Shown piece by piece: positions 42,761 to 52,448 of a stretch of DNA of 64,000 nt (the stretch's first letter is position 1; each line of letters begins with the position of its first letter). Made by a program: the position numbers and the translations under genes. This DNA comes from an uncultured Oscillospiraceae bacterium. GTDB taxonomy: Bacteria > Bacillota > Clostridia > Christensenellales > CAG-138. The stretch is from positions 1,859-65,858 of the forward strand of contig CAZBBX010000009.1 in the NCBI GenBank assembly GCA_964490325.1, in the 5' to 3' direction. The notes beneath the pieces were generated by a model. It made no database searches, had not been told where the DNA came from, and was given only the letters and a program-made list of their open reading frames with translations.

Positions 42761-45120
42761 GGGGTGACGCGATAGATCGTCACGGAGCCGTTTTGAAAGA
42801 CCTCTTGGCAGTTCTCCCTAAAGTACGCCGTGTCCACGGCATAGTTGCTGTACTCGCAGCTGCCAAGGTAGACATAGTCCACGCCGTAGCTTTCAAACAG
42901 CTCGCCGCTTTCGGCGGGGTGCTCCAGCATACTTGTAACGTCGCTGCGGCGCTTGCTCGTGTCGATGCCGTGGAAGTAAAGGAAGGTGTTGGCGCCGCAG
43001 ACGATGCTGCGTCCCGTCAGGGTGGACACCGTGTTCAGGTGCCAGTTGGCGTCGGTCAAAAACAGTGCGTCCGAGGCCGTGTCCTCCTTGATAAATTCCG
43101 CCGCTTCGATCTCCTTGCTGCTGAACACCATGTAGTTGCTGCGCGCCTCGCGCACGATGGTCATGGTGGAGCTTAGGAAGGTGGTCAGCGCCAGTACGCA
43201 GCAGCCAAGGGACAGCGCCACCCTTGCTAAGCGCCAAGAGCGGGGGGCGCAGGGATCGCAGCGGAAGACCACCGCAAGCTGCAGGATGGAGCAGGCGGCT
43301 ATAAGCAGCGCCATTAGGCGGGTCAGTCCCTGCGAAATGCCAAGGAAGCTGCTTTGATACTGCTCGAACAGGAGCTTTAGCAGGATCGCGTTCACCGCAA
43401 GCGCCATAAGGACGGAGACGCCGCAAAGGACGGCCTGCGTGCGCTTGTTCATGCGCAGCTGCTCATAGCCGCCGCGAACGAGCAGCCACAGCAGGGCAAA
43501 GAGCAGCACCAGAAGCGTGCAGCAGGAGCCGAAGCGCAGATCGACCGCAGCGCCGCTTGCAACGCGCAGCAGCTTGACAAACAGGTAGGCAAACACCGCG
43601 CAGGACAGCAGAGCCGAGCCTTGCGCATAGCTGCGGCAGCTGTCGTTTGGCAGGGTGCGCTTTTTGATCGCATGGTCGATGCGGTGGTAGGCGCTTGCCG
43701 CAAAGCGGGCTACAAGGCCGCAAAGGAAGGCAAAGCTTACAAAGATGAGCTTGTTGTTGTCGTAGGTGTTGGGCTGAAAGACGACCAGCTCCGCAATGAT
43801 CCACAGCATTAGCGGCCCCGCTGCGATGCGCCGATCCCGCTTGCTCAGGCAGAGGAAGGCGGGAACGGCCAGCACAAACAGCCAACCCAGATTTTTCAGG
43901 TAGAACCACAGGTAGCTGTCCAGCTCGTTGGCCCAGTTGAAGTGGAGCTGCACCATGCCGCTTTCCGAGGCCTGCGCAAAGGTGAACAGCACCAGCTGCG
44001 GCAGCGCCAGCAGCAGCGTTCCGCAGCCAAAGACCGCCCAGCCCAAGAGCCGCTTCCAATTAAACTTACGGATAAGCTCCATCACCAGATAGACGGCGCT
44101 GATGACGCCCAGCGCCAAGAAGGAGTGGGTGTGGATGAGGGGCAGGCCACCCGCCAGCACAATCAGCGGAATGAGGTTTCGCTTCTCCCCGCGGAAGGCC
44201 CAACCCGTCAGCAGGTACAGGCAGGGGAACAGGAAGGCCCAGCCAAAGAGCGTAGCCCGTTGGGGAATGAGCATGTCCACGATGGGGTTCACCCAGCGCA
44301 GGCCGATGGTGGGCAGGTTCGTGGGCGTAAGGTAGAAGCCGTCCAAGAGGTTTTGCAGGTTGTTGCCAATGGAGGAGGAGCCAAGCAGGCTTTGCAGCGC
44401 CGTAGAGCTGCCGTCTGCAAGGTCGAAGAAGTAGGCAAAGCCAAAGCCGCTGCCAAAGAAGAACAGCAGCGTTGCAACAACGGCGCGGCCCTGCCGCTTG
44501 AGCCATTGCTCAAAGAAGAAGTACACGCCCAGTATGACAAGGGCGTAGGCATAGAGAGCGGAGATGAGGTAGGCCTGCCGCAGACTGCTGCCCAAGAGCA
44601 GCAGGGTCGAGGCCGAGGTCTCGCACAGGAAGGGATAGTTGACGGTATGCCCTACAAAGATGCTGTATTCGGGAGGGAAGGTACCCTGCTCGGCGATGCT
44701 GGTGATGAAGCCAAGGTGCATCGCAAGATCGCCGTAGGTGACTTGCCCCACCCAGTAGCCCTGCTCGTCGGTGCGCAGGATGTGCGTGGAGAACAGGCAG
44801 CAGCCCAGCACGAAGATGCCGCACAGCGCAAGCATGGGCCACAGCTGCTTGATGCAGCCTGCAAGGCCGTGTATCCGTCCCTTGGCCTTCAGTCCGCAGA
44901 CGACGCCTGCAAGGAGAGCGACCCCCAAGGCCAGCAGCTGCGCCGTTAAGGTAAAGCCGATGACAAAGGCAAAGAGCGAAGGCAGCCATGTCCACAGGAA
45001 CAGACCGATCACCAAGCCCAGCCAAATGCGGCGCTGCGGCTTGTGGGCGGAGAACAGCGCCTCGGCGATATACACGCCCGAAACGGCGAACGCCAGTACA
45101 TAGAGAAGGGATACGATCAT
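42757..45120 (-). CDS. large polytopic membrane protein, possibly a GT-C-fold (ArnT/PMT-like) glycosyltransferase
   Basis: 787 aa from ATG 45120 (GGGAGAGG upstream). At least 12 hydrophobic segments plus a C-terminal soluble domain of about 130 aa. The family assignment is a guess from topology only. Confidence 0.5.
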   Translation of the reverse strand: MIVSLLYVLAFAVSGVYIAEALFSAHKPQRRIWLGLVIGLFLWTWLPSLFAFVIGFTLTAQLLALGVALLAGVVCGLKAKGRIHGLAGCIKQLWPMLALCGIFVLGCCLFSTHILRTDEQGYWVGQVTYGDLAMHLGFITSIAEQGTFPPEYSIFVGHTVNYPFLCETSASTLLLLGSSLRQAYLISALYAYALVILGVYFFFEQWLKRQGRAVVATLLFFFGSGFGFAYFFDLADGSSTALQSLLGSSSIGNNLQNLLDGFYLTPTNLPTIGLRWVNPIVDMLIPQRATLFGWAFLFPCLYLLTGWAFRGEKRNLIPLIVLAGGLPLIHTHSFLALGVISAVYLVMELIRKFNWKRLLGWAVFGCGTLLLALPQLVLFTFAQASESGMVQLHFNWANELDSYLWFYLKNLGWLFVLAVPAFLCLSKRDRRIAAGPLMLWIIAELVVFQPNTYDNNKLIFVSFAFLCGLVARFAASAYHRIDHAIKKRTLPNDSCRSYAQGSALLSCAVFAYLFVKLLRVASGAAVDLRFGSCCTLLVLLFALLWLLVRGGYEQLRMNKRTQAVLCGVSVLMALAVNAILLKLLFEQYQSSFLGISQGLTRLMALLIAACSILQLAVVFRCDPCAPRSWRLARVALSLGCCVLALTTFLSSTMTIVREARSNYMVFSSKEIEAAEFIKEDTASDALFLTDANWHLNTVSTLTGRSIVCGANTFLYFHGIDTSKRRSDVTSMLEHPAESGELFESYGVDYVYLGSCEYSNYAVDTAYFRENCQEVFQNGSVTIYRVTP

Positions 45121-45353
45121 GACAGCCTCTCCCTTACGCAAAGTTTCTTTGATTATACACGATTCCCATGGAAAAGGAAAGCCCAATCCAAGCCTGCGGC
45201 AGCTCCATTTACTCTGAAAAGTTTCAGACGGGTAACGCTCTCTACACATTTTGAACACAATTTTCTACTACAATAGCACTGTCAGCATGGGAAACTGCGG
45301 TTGACGCTGCGGCTTTTCCGTGCTACACTTTGAGACCATAAGGAGTTGAGGAT

Positions 45354-45929
45354 ATGAAAAAAATTCTTGCTATAGCGCTGATCCTGCTGCTCACGCTCGG
45401 TCTTGCCGCGCCTGTCATGGCCGCCACCAGCGATGAGAACAAGGAGACGCTCATCAAGCTGATCGACTGCAACGAGACCTCCGCCTACAAGCGCATCATC
45501 AATCAGGCGGTCAAGATCATTCGCAACGACGCCATCACCATCTCCGACGAGCAGCTCAGCGAGCTGACGAACCTTGTCGTGAGCGGCGACGCCTTGGCGC
45601 TGACCTTCAAGGGCTATTCTGCCGACGACTACACCGCGGAGGAGCAGCAGACCGCACTGGGCGTGGCGGATCAGGTCTGCAAGATCTTGGACGTCAGCTA
45701 CACCATCGATCCCACCAACGATCCGCAGGGCGACAGCTCCATCGTCGTGTCCATCTACAAAAACGGCATACTGCTGGGCAAGATCGACAGCGACGCCAAG
45801 ACCGACCTTGTGGACGGCGCAAACGTGTGGTATCTGATCGGCGGCGCCGTGCTGCTGCTTGCCGCGCTCGCTATGGTGTTCGTGCTTATCAAAAAGCGCC
45901 GCACACAGACGGAGACGGAGACGGCCTAA
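45354..45929 (+). CDS. secreted protein with C-terminal TM anchor and basic tail
   Basis: Signal peptide MKKILAIALILLLTLGLAAPVMAA. C-terminus WYLIGGAVLLLAALAMVFVLIKKRR. No LPXTG motif seen. Confidence 0.65.
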   Translation: MKKILAIALILLLTLGLAAPVMAATSDENKETLIKLIDCNETSAYKRIINQAVKIIRNDAITISDEQLSELTNLVVSGDALALTFKGYSADDYTAEEQQTALGVADQVCKILDVSYTIDPTNDPQGDSSIVVSIYKNGILLGKIDSDAKTDLVDGANVWYLIGGAVLLLAALAMVFVLIKKRRTQTETETA

Positions 45930-45932
45930 GTC

Positions 45933-46607
45933 ATGGCAACGAAAAGAAAGAAAAAGAACGGCTTTTTAAGAGGAGCGGCGCTGCTGCTCCCCTTTCTGCT
46001 GTTTGCGGCGGCGGTGTTCTGCTTCTCCCTGTACCTTTGCGACAGCGTACTGGAGGAGAACGCCTACTTTTCGCTGCTGGTGGGCGGCGGACGCGACGCG
46101 TCGGGAACGGTCGTGGATACAAATTTTGTGCCCGGCGAGGCGCCGGATGTGCTCAGGCGCATCCCCAGCATCAACTATGGGCAGCAGTGGGCGATCCTCA
46201 ATGTGGACTGGGACGGCGGTGGCTGGGAGCTTCGCAACATCCCCGTCTTCTTGGGCGCGGATAAGGCCATCCTCAAGGTCGGCGCAGGCATGAGCTTTGC
46301 CTCCACCTTCCCCGGCGAGGGGGAGCGCTGCATCATCTCCTCCCATGTGACGCGTTACTTTGCGCAGCTGGAGGACACCCCCGCAGGCGCGATCGTTACG
46401 CTCAACACGCTGTACGGCACCTATACCTACCGCGTGGTGGACAGACAGACCTTCAAGGGCACGGATCGCACCTACCTAAGCCCCAGCAGTGACAAAAACG
46501 AACTGATCCTCTACACCTGCTATCCCCGCGACAACGACGGGCACAGGCGCACCAAGCGCTGCGCGCTCATCTGCGAGAAGCTCAGCGGACTGGAGGTGAC
46601 GGGATGA
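45933..46607 (+). CDS. sortase family protein
   Basis: N-terminal TM anchor, a His region (CIISSHVTRY), the catalytic-Cys motif LILYTCYP (TLxTC-like) and a downstream Arg. Confidence 0.7.
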   Translation: MATKRKKKNGFLRGAALLLPFLLFAAAVFCFSLYLCDSVLEENAYFSLLVGGGRDASGTVVDTNFVPGEAPDVLRRIPSINYGQQWAILNVDWDGGGWELRNIPVFLGADKAILKVGAGMSFASTFPGEGERCIISSHVTRYFAQLEDTPAGAIVTLNTLYGTYTYRVVDRQTFKGTDRTYLSPSSDKNELILYTCYPRDNDGHRRTKRCALICEKLSGLEVTG

Positions 46608-47458
46608 AGCCCCTGCAAAAATTCCTCTGCGGGATCCTTGTGATCCTGTTGACGGCAACAAGCTTTGTTGCGCTTGCGGCGGGAACGCTGCGCTATACGA
46701 CCTTGAACGCGGGCTGGTACAAGCTGACCCTGCCCGACAAGAGCTACATCAGTCAGATGCGTTCCTTCATCGAGGATGATCTGTCCTATGTCGCCATCCT
46801 CTACGGCTTCTCCGACGACGCACTGAACGGCGTGGTGACGGACGAGGATATCAAAAACTACACCGACGACTTTGTGGACGCGTTCTTTGCCGCCGCCACG
46901 GACGGTGGGGCGGTCGAGGCGCCGGAGTATCCGCCCGAGACCTTCACGGCCTTCGCGCTGACCAACACGAGCTGGGGCTATGAGGCCGCCACAAACTTTG
47001 GCGAGGACTGCGCCGAGGCGGTCAAGACCTCGCTTGCGGCGGTGGACAGCGAGCTTGTCACAAGTACGATCTCAGGCCTTACCAACAGTACGCTCGTGCA
47101 GATCCTAAGTAAGCTTTGCTGGCTGTTTGCGGGTCTGCTGCTGGCGTTCATCTTGGTGCTGTTTGCCTCGGCGGGAAAGGCCAAGCGCGGCCTCCTATTG
47201 ACAAGCGGCAGCGTGTTCATGGGCGCAAGCCTGCTGTTCATACCCGTGGCGGTGTTTGCGGCCAAGGGTTACACAAGCGCGGTCAACCTCAGCCTGTCGG
47301 CATACCGCGTACAGCTCGTGGGCATTTTGGATGCGGCGCTTCGGGGCGGCCTGTGGATCGGCGGCGCGGCGCTTGCTCTCTCGCTTATCCTGCTCGTCCT
47401 TGCGATTTGGCGCACAACGGCCAAAAAGAAGCCCCAAAAGGCGAAAAATCAGGCTTGA
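46604..47458 (+). CDS. hypothetical membrane protein
   Basis: 284-aa ORF with an N-terminal TM/signal, an acidic extracytoplasmic region and 3-4 C-terminal TM helices. ATGA overlap with the sortase gene. Confidence 0.6.
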   Translation: MKPLQKFLCGILVILLTATSFVALAAGTLRYTTLNAGWYKLTLPDKSYISQMRSFIEDDLSYVAILYGFSDDALNGVVTDEDIKNYTDDFVDAFFAAATDGGAVEAPEYPPETFTAFALTNTSWGYEAATNFGEDCAEAVKTSLAAVDSELVTSTISGLTNSTLVQILSKLCWLFAGLLLAFILVLFASAGKAKRGLLLTSGSVFMGASLLFIPVAVFAAKGYTSAVNLSLSAYRVQLVGILDAALRGGLWIGGAALALSLILLVLAIWRTTAKKKPQKAKNQA

Positions 47459-47483
47459 CAAGGCGCTGATCCCTCGCTATAAT
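47455..47483 (+). promoter_or_regulatory. sigma70 consensus promoter of infC-rpmI-rplT (TTGACA-17-TATAAT)
   Basis: Perfect hexamers at 47455-60 and 47478-83. Confidence 0.65.
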
Positions 47484-47489
47484 AAGAAA

Positions 47490-47606
47490 GGTTCAAGCAG
47501 AAGCGCCCGCTTCTCACCTGCCGACGCAACAGCAGTCAGGCAAGGTCAAAGACTTTTCTAAAAGACTTTCGTATCGGTGGGCGTTCTGCGTCCGCCGATA
47601 TTTTTA
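47490..47606 (+). promoter_or_regulatory. candidate L20-leader-type attenuator upstream of infC
   Basis: About 115-nt leader ending in the hairpin GGTGGGCG-ttctg-CGTCCGCC (47576-47596) followed by GATATTTTTA, immediately before the infC RBS. Position and operon context match the Firmicute L20 leader. The sequence was not compared with a covariance model. Confidence 0.45.
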
Positions 47607-47623
47607 TGTGGAGGTGCTTTCCC

Positions 47624-48139
47624 ATCGCTATTACCAAGCTCATGATCAACGAGGAGATCCGCGACGCGCAGGTGCGCGTGATCGACGAAAACGGCGGTCA
47701 GCTCGGCGTACTGGACGTCCGCGACGCGCAGCGTCTTGCGGACGAACGTTCGCTCGATCTGGTCAAGGTCAATCCCGGCGGCAATCCCCCCGTGTGCAAA
47801 CTGATGGACTACGGGAAGTATTACTACGATCAGGTAAAACGCGAAAAGGAAATGCGCAAGAATCAAAAGGTGGTCGAGACCAAGGAGATCCGTCTGTCCG
47901 CGACCATCGACGATCATGACATGGAGGTCAAGGCCAAGCAGTGCATCAAGTTCCTGCAAAACGGCGACAAGGTCAAGGTCTCCATCCGCTTCCGCGGCCG
48001 TCAGATCACCAAGGGCGATCTGGGCGAGGAAGTCATGCTCACCTTCTTCGACATGCTTGAGGGCACGGCGATTAAGGAGAAGGCGCCCAAGCAGGAGGGC
48101 CGCAACATGACCATGATCTTAGCCCCCAATGCGAGTTAA
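47624..48139 (+). CDS. infC: translation initiation factor IF-3 (non-AUG start)
   Basis: IF-3 body (INEEIRDAQVRVIDENGGQLGV...PPVCKLMDYGKY...). GGAGG at 47610-14. Best-spaced in-frame start is ATC 47624; alternatives are ATT 47630 and ATG 47642. The track ATG at 47606 precedes the RBS. Confidence 0.85.
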   Translation: MAITKLMINEEIRDAQVRVIDENGGQLGVLDVRDAQRLADERSLDLVKVNPGGNPPVCKLMDYGKYYYDQVKREKEMRKNQKVVETKEIRLSATIDDHDMEVKAKQCIKFLQNGDKVKVSIRFRGRQITKGDLGEEVMLTFFDMLEGTAIKEKAPKQEGRNMTMILAPNAS

Positions 48140-48202
48140 CAACGACCCAAAAATTGGAGTTTGTTATAAAGAAACGGTAAACGAATTACAGGAGGAACTA
48201 CC

Positions 48203-48400
48203 ATGCCGAAGATCAAGACCCACCGTGGTGCCGCAAAGCGCTTTGACCTCACCAAGAGCGGCAAGATCAAGCGTTCCAAGGCTTACAAGAGCCACATTCT
48301 CACCAAAAAGACTACCAAGCGTCTGCGCGGGCTGCGTCAAACCGGCTACATTGCCGAGTGCGAAGCCAAAAAAGTGCGCGAGCTGATCCCGTATAAGTAA
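48203..48400 (+). CDS. rpmI: 50S ribosomal protein L35
   Basis: 65-aa [17 protein letters not shown]... Confidence 0.95.
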   Translation: MPKIKTHRGAAKRFDLTKSGKIKRSKAYKSHILTKKTTKRLRGLRQTGYIAECEAKKVRELIPYK

Positions 48401-48414
48401 GGAGGAACAAAACT

Positions 48415-48774
48415 ATGGCACGCATTAAGAGAACCGTCAACGCAGTCAAGAAGCGCCGCAAGATCCTCCGTTCCGCCAAGGGTTACTTTGGCGCCAAGAG
48501 CCGTCAGTATCGTGCAGCCGCGCAGCAGGTGCGCAAGTCCATGGCCTACGCCTATGTGGGCCGCAAGCTCAAGAAGCGCGAGTATCGCAAGCTGTGGATC
48601 GCCCGTATCAACGCAGGCGCCCGCATCTGCGGCACCACCTACAGCCGTATGATCAACGGCCTGAAGCTGGCGAACGTCGATATCAACCGCAAGGTCCTTG
48701 CCGATCTGGCTGTCAACGACATGAACGCCTTCAAAAACTTGGTCGATGTGGCAATGGCTGCCCGCGCCGAGTAA
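48415..48774 (+). CDS. rplT: 50S ribosomal protein L20
   Basis: 119-aa [30 protein letters not shown]... Confidence 0.95.
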   Translation: MARIKRTVNAVKKRRKILRSAKGYFGAKSRQYRAAAQQVRKSMAYAYVGRKLKKREYRKLWIARINAGARICGTTYSRMINGLKLANVDINRKVLADLAVNDMNAFKNLVDVAMAARAE

Positions 48775-48793
48775 GCAAAGCGTATCACATCTT

Positions 48794-48820
48794 CCCCTGC
48801 GTCTGACGCGGGGGTTTTTT
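48794..48820 (+). terminator. rho-independent terminator
   Basis: CCCCTGCG-tctga-CGCGGGGG followed by TTTTTT. Confidence 0.8.
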
Positions 48821-48835
48821 GTTTGGGAGGCGAAA

Positions 48836-50563
48836 ATGCTCGAAGAACGGTATCTTGCATGGCTCAAACACTTTTTGCCGCCGCAGGCGGGGCTTGACGA
48901 GGCGGCGCTTATGGATCGTGCGCACACGGCGGCGGCGCTGCGGCAAAGCAGTCCGTGGCGGGAGCAGATCCCCGAGGCGCTGTATCAAAGCTATGTGCTG
49001 CCGCTTTTTGTCAACAACGAGCCCCTCGTCCCCTCCTTAGAGCCCTTCCTTTCCTTCCTAGGACCCCTTGATGCGGGGCTGTCGCTCTATGACGCCGCGG
49101 TGACGGTCAACTATCGCTGCCGCGCAGCGGCGCAGTATCGCTTCAACGATGCGATAACGGCAAGTCCTCTGATCGTGCTTTTGCGGGGCTATGGCCGCTG
49201 CGGTGAGCTGAGCACCCTGACCGTCCTTTGCCTGCGCGCTGTGGGGATCCCCGCACGGCAGGTCTACACCCCGCTTTGGGCGCACTGCGACGACAATCAC
49301 GCCTGGGTGGAGGCGTACACGGGGGATGGGTGGCACTATTTGGGCGGCTGCGAGGCGGAGCCGACCTTGGATCGGGCGTGGTTCGATTATGCGGTCACGC
49401 GTGCGCCCTTCATCCGCACCACGGCGGACGCCGAGCTTGAAAGCTTCGATCCCGCTCTGTACGGCGGCAACTGCGTGGGGTCGGAGGGCAAGCGTCTTGT
49501 GATCGACCGAACCAAGGCGTATGCGGACACGACCGCGTTGACCCTGCGCATACAAAAGGGCGGCAGACTCGTGCCAAGGCAGCAGATCTCGCTTTGCCTG
49601 CTCAACGCGGGAGCGCTGCGCCCCTTTGCCCGCTTGGTCAGCGATCCTGACGGCGTTTGCCGCATCAACTTGGGACGCGGCAGCTGCTTTGTCACGGCAC
49701 ATGACAAGGAGGGCGAGTACCTGCTGCCACTGCCCTTGGAGACGGCGGGGGAGACGGCGGACTATACCTTCCCGATGGACGAAGCCCTGTCGGACGGCGG
49801 TCTGTCCCTTACGCAGCTTCCGCCCAAGGGACGGATGCTGCACGCAGCCCCTCCGCCTACGCCTGCAGAAAGGGCAAGGGGTGAGGCGGCGGACAGGGCG
49901 TTTGCGGCGCGAAGCGTGCAGCAGACGGACTGGCAGTACCCCTCGGATACGTTCCCCAAGGGGGCTTGCCGCCTGCAGCTTTCCATGGAGCGCCCACTAC
50001 ACTTTTCCACAGACTGCGGCTTGGAGCGGCAAACGGACGAGGGCTTTGCCCTGCTCCCGCTGCACGGGTCTGTGCCAATGGAGCTGCAGTTGCCCTGCGG
50101 CCGCTGGCGCAGCACGCGCTGCACCCGCCGCTTGGACGGGAGCATGGACGCAAGCCTATATTGCTTCACCCTAAGCGAAGCGGGGCTTGCGCTTGCGCTC
50201 GATCCCCCGCCCGACCGCAAGGCGGACTTTGGCAAAGGTCTTGCGCTTGCGCCGCCCTACGCGGGACTGCGCCGTTGCTATATCGCCTGCTTGGGCGAGA
50301 CGGGGGAGACGAACACGCGCCTTGAGGCAGAGCTGAAAGCGTATGCTAAAACCGCCGCCGCAAAGGACGCGCCGCTGTTTTATGAGAAGGGGGAGGCGCT
50401 GCCGCAGCAGGTGCGCGAGGCGCTTGGCGTTGGCGATCCCAATAGGCCGCTGTTGATCGCGGTGGTAAATGGCCAAGCGCGAGCGGCGCTTGCCAACGCG
50501 CAGGGCGGCGCGCTGCGGCTCCTTATGGAGTTTACAGCAAAGACGGAGGAAGAAGAATGTTGA
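48836..50563 (+). CDS. transglutaminase-like superfamily protein
   Basis: 575 aa from ATG 48836 (GGGAGG upstream). Transglutaminase core GRCGELSTLTVLCLRAVGIPARQVY...DDNHAWVEAY (Cys-His-Asp). Confidence 0.75.
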   Translation: MLEERYLAWLKHFLPPQAGLDEAALMDRAHTAAALRQSSPWREQIPEALYQSYVLPLFVNNEPLVPSLEPFLSFLGPLDAGLSLYDAAVTVNYRCRAAAQYRFNDAITASPLIVLLRGYGRCGELSTLTVLCLRAVGIPARQVYTPLWAHCDDNHAWVEAYTGDGWHYLGGCEAEPTLDRAWFDYAVTRAPFIRTTADAELESFDPALYGGNCVGSEGKRLVIDRTKAYADTTALTLRIQKGGRLVPRQQISLCLLNAGALRPFARLVSDPDGVCRINLGRGSCFVTAHDKEGEYLLPLPLETAGETADYTFPMDEALSDGGLSLTQLPPKGRMLHAAPPPTPAERARGEAADRAFAARSVQQTDWQYPSDTFPKGACRLQLSMERPLHFSTDCGLERQTDEGFALLPLHGSVPMELQLPCGRWRSTRCTRRLDGSMDASLYCFTLSEAGLALALDPPPDRKADFGKGLALAPPYAGLRRCYIACLGETGETNTRLEAELKAYAKTAAAKDAPLFYEKGEALPQQVREALGVGDPNRPLLIAVVNGQARAALANAQGGALRLLMEFTAKTEEEEC

Positions 50564-51033
50564 CCTTACAGAAGGTGAACGATAAAAACCTGTGGCGTCT
50601 GATGGCGCTGCAGGTAAAAAAGGAACAGGAAGATTTTGTGGCGACCAATACGGAGAGCGTCTTGGAAGCCTATGTGACCGTGACGGCAGGCGGAGTGGCG
50701 CTGCCCTTTGGCGTTTACGATGGGGAGACGCCCGTGGGCTTTTTGATGATCGGCTACGGTACAAACGACCCCGACGATCCGTCCGTGGCAAAGGATAACT
50801 ACTGCCTGTGGCGCTTGATGATCGATGCGGACAAGCAGGGGCGCGGCTATGGCAGGGCGGCGCTTTTGCTGGCGCTGGACTACATCGCGTCAAAGCCCTG
50901 CGGCGAGGCGGTCAGCTGTTGGCTGTCCTATGAGCCGACGAACGAAAGCGCCCGCAGGCTCTACCGTTCGGTGGGCTTTACGGAGACGGGGGAGCGCTGC
51001 GGGGACGAAGTCGTGGCGGTTCGCCACCTGTAG
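50557..51033 (+). CDS. GNAT family N-acetyltransferase (diamine acetyltransferase-like)
   Basis: 158-aa ORF with DKQGRGYGRAALLLALDYI ... RLYRSVGFTETGE. Confidence 0.8.
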   Translation: MLTLQKVNDKNLWRLMALQVKKEQEDFVATNTESVLEAYVTVTAGGVALPFGVYDGETPVGFLMIGYGTNDPDDPSVAKDNYCLWRLMIDADKQGRGYGRAALLLALDYIASKPCGEAVSCWLSYEPTNESARRLYRSVGFTETGERCGDEVVAVRHL

Positions 51034-51065
51034 GGAAGGCAAAACGCCCCATACTAATCAAAAAA

Positions 51066-51095
51066 AGGAGCGCCGCCCAAGTGGGAAGCGCTCCT
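51066..51095. terminator. bidirectional terminator hairpin
   Basis: AGGAGCGC-14 nt-GCGCTCCT flanked by an A-run and a T-rich tract, between convergent genes. Confidence 0.6.
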
Positions 51096-51100
51096 ATAGT

Positions 51101-51541
51101 TTACTTTAGTTCGCTGGTGCAGTGGGGGCAGCGGGTGGCTTCGTCGTGGATCTCCGAAAAGCAGTAGGGGCAGAGCCGCGGCGCCTTGGCAGGTTCGGCG
51201 GGGACTTCCTTCTTGTGCTTCGCCTTGTTGATGAGCTTCACCACAAGGAAGATGCACAGCGCAATGATGAGAAAATCCAACACAACGGAGAGGAAGGTGC
51301 CGTAATTGAGCGTTGCTGCGCCCGCAGCCTGCGCATCGGCAAGGGTGGCGTAGCTGCCGCCGTCCAGCGCAACAAACCAGTTGGCAAAGTCCACGCCCCC
51401 GGTCAGCAGACCGATCAAGGGCATGATCAGATCGCCCACCAAGGAGGAGACGATCTTTCCAAACGCGGTCGCGATGATAACGCCCACCGCCATGTCCATG
51501 ACGTTGCCCTTGAAAGCAAATTCCTTAAATTCTTTCCACAT
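51101..51541 (-). CDS. mscL: large-conductance mechanosensitive channel MscL with C-terminal zinc-ribbon tail
   Basis: [35 protein letters not shown]... is canonical MscL. The last 25 aa are [23 protein letters not shown]. Confidence 0.9.
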   Translation of the reverse strand: MWKEFKEFAFKGNVMDMAVGVIIATAFGKIVSSLVGDLIMPLIGLLTGGVDFANWFVALDGGSYATLADAQAAGAATLNYGTFLSVVLDFLIIALCIFLVVKLINKAKHKKEVPAEPAKAPRLCPYCFSEIHDEATRCPHCTSELK

Positions 51542-51593
51542 ACCTCATATCCTCCGATCATTTATTCCATGCGCCTTGGCGGCGCACAAGGTT

Positions 51594-52448
51594 TCAGGCC
51601 TGCGGCTTGGCCTTGCGGCGGCGCAGAAAGCCCGCCAGTGCAAACAAGCCAAAGACGATCAGGTGTACGCTCACCACGGTCGGTCCCGTTTGGAAGGACA
51701 GACGGCAGGCGGCGTAAAAGCCCGCAAAGAAGCAGAACAGCGCCACCGCAACGGCTGTCAGCACCACGCTGCGGAAGCTCTTGCACACGCGCATGGCGGA
51801 GAGCGCGGGGAAGATGATAAGCCCCGAGATCATGATGGAGCCCATCATACGCATCCCCAGCACGATGGTCACGGCGGTCAAAAGTGCGATGATGAGCTTG
51901 TACAGATCCACGCGCACCCCCGTCGCCTTGGAGAAGGACTCGTCAAAGGTCACGGCAAACAGGCGGTTGTACAGCAGGATAAATAAAAGCAGCACCAGTA
52001 CGGAGAGGATGATGCTGAGCAGCAGATCCTTATCCGTCAGCGTGATGAGCGAGGCGCTCCCAAAAAGACTGTTGCAGATGTCCGCACTGCGGTTGCCCGT
52101 GAAGTTGTACAGCAGGCTGCCCACGGCAACGGCTCCCGTAGAGAAGATGGCAATGGCGGCGTCCCCCTTGATGCTGCTGTTCTCACTGATGCGCAGCAGC
52201 AGGAAGGCGGCGGCGATCACGATGGGGATGGAGACCTCCAAGGAAAAATCGCTGAGGTTCAGAATGGTCGCCAGCGCCAGCGCGCCAAAGCCCACATGGG
52301 ACAGCCCGTCCCCGATCATGGACAGGCGCTTCAACACCAAGCTCACGCCCAGCAGGGACGCGCACAGGGACACCAGCGTGCCCACGATGAGGGCGCGCAG
52401 CACGACCTCAACAAGGATGGGACTTTGCAGGATCTCGGTAAAGGTCAT
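51594..52448 (-). CDS. metal (Zn/Mn-type) ABC transporter permease
   Basis: 284 aa from ATG 52448 (ATGA overlap with the ATPase gene). ABC-3 family pattern. The track ORF is over-extended to 53057. Confidence 0.85.
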   Translation of the reverse strand: MTFTEILQSPILVEVVLRALIVGTLVSLCASLLGVSLVLKRLSMIGDGLSHVGFGALALATILNLSDFSLEVSIPIVIAAAFLLLRISENSSIKGDAAIAIFSTGAVAVGSLLYNFTGNRSADICNSLFGSASLITLTDKDLLLSIILSVLVLLLFILLYNRLFAVTFDESFSKATGVRVDLYKLIIALLTAVTIVLGMRMMGSIMISGLIIFPALSAMRVCKSFRSVVLTAVAVALFCFFAGFYAACRLSFQTGPTVVSVHLIVFGLFALAGFLRRRKAKPQA

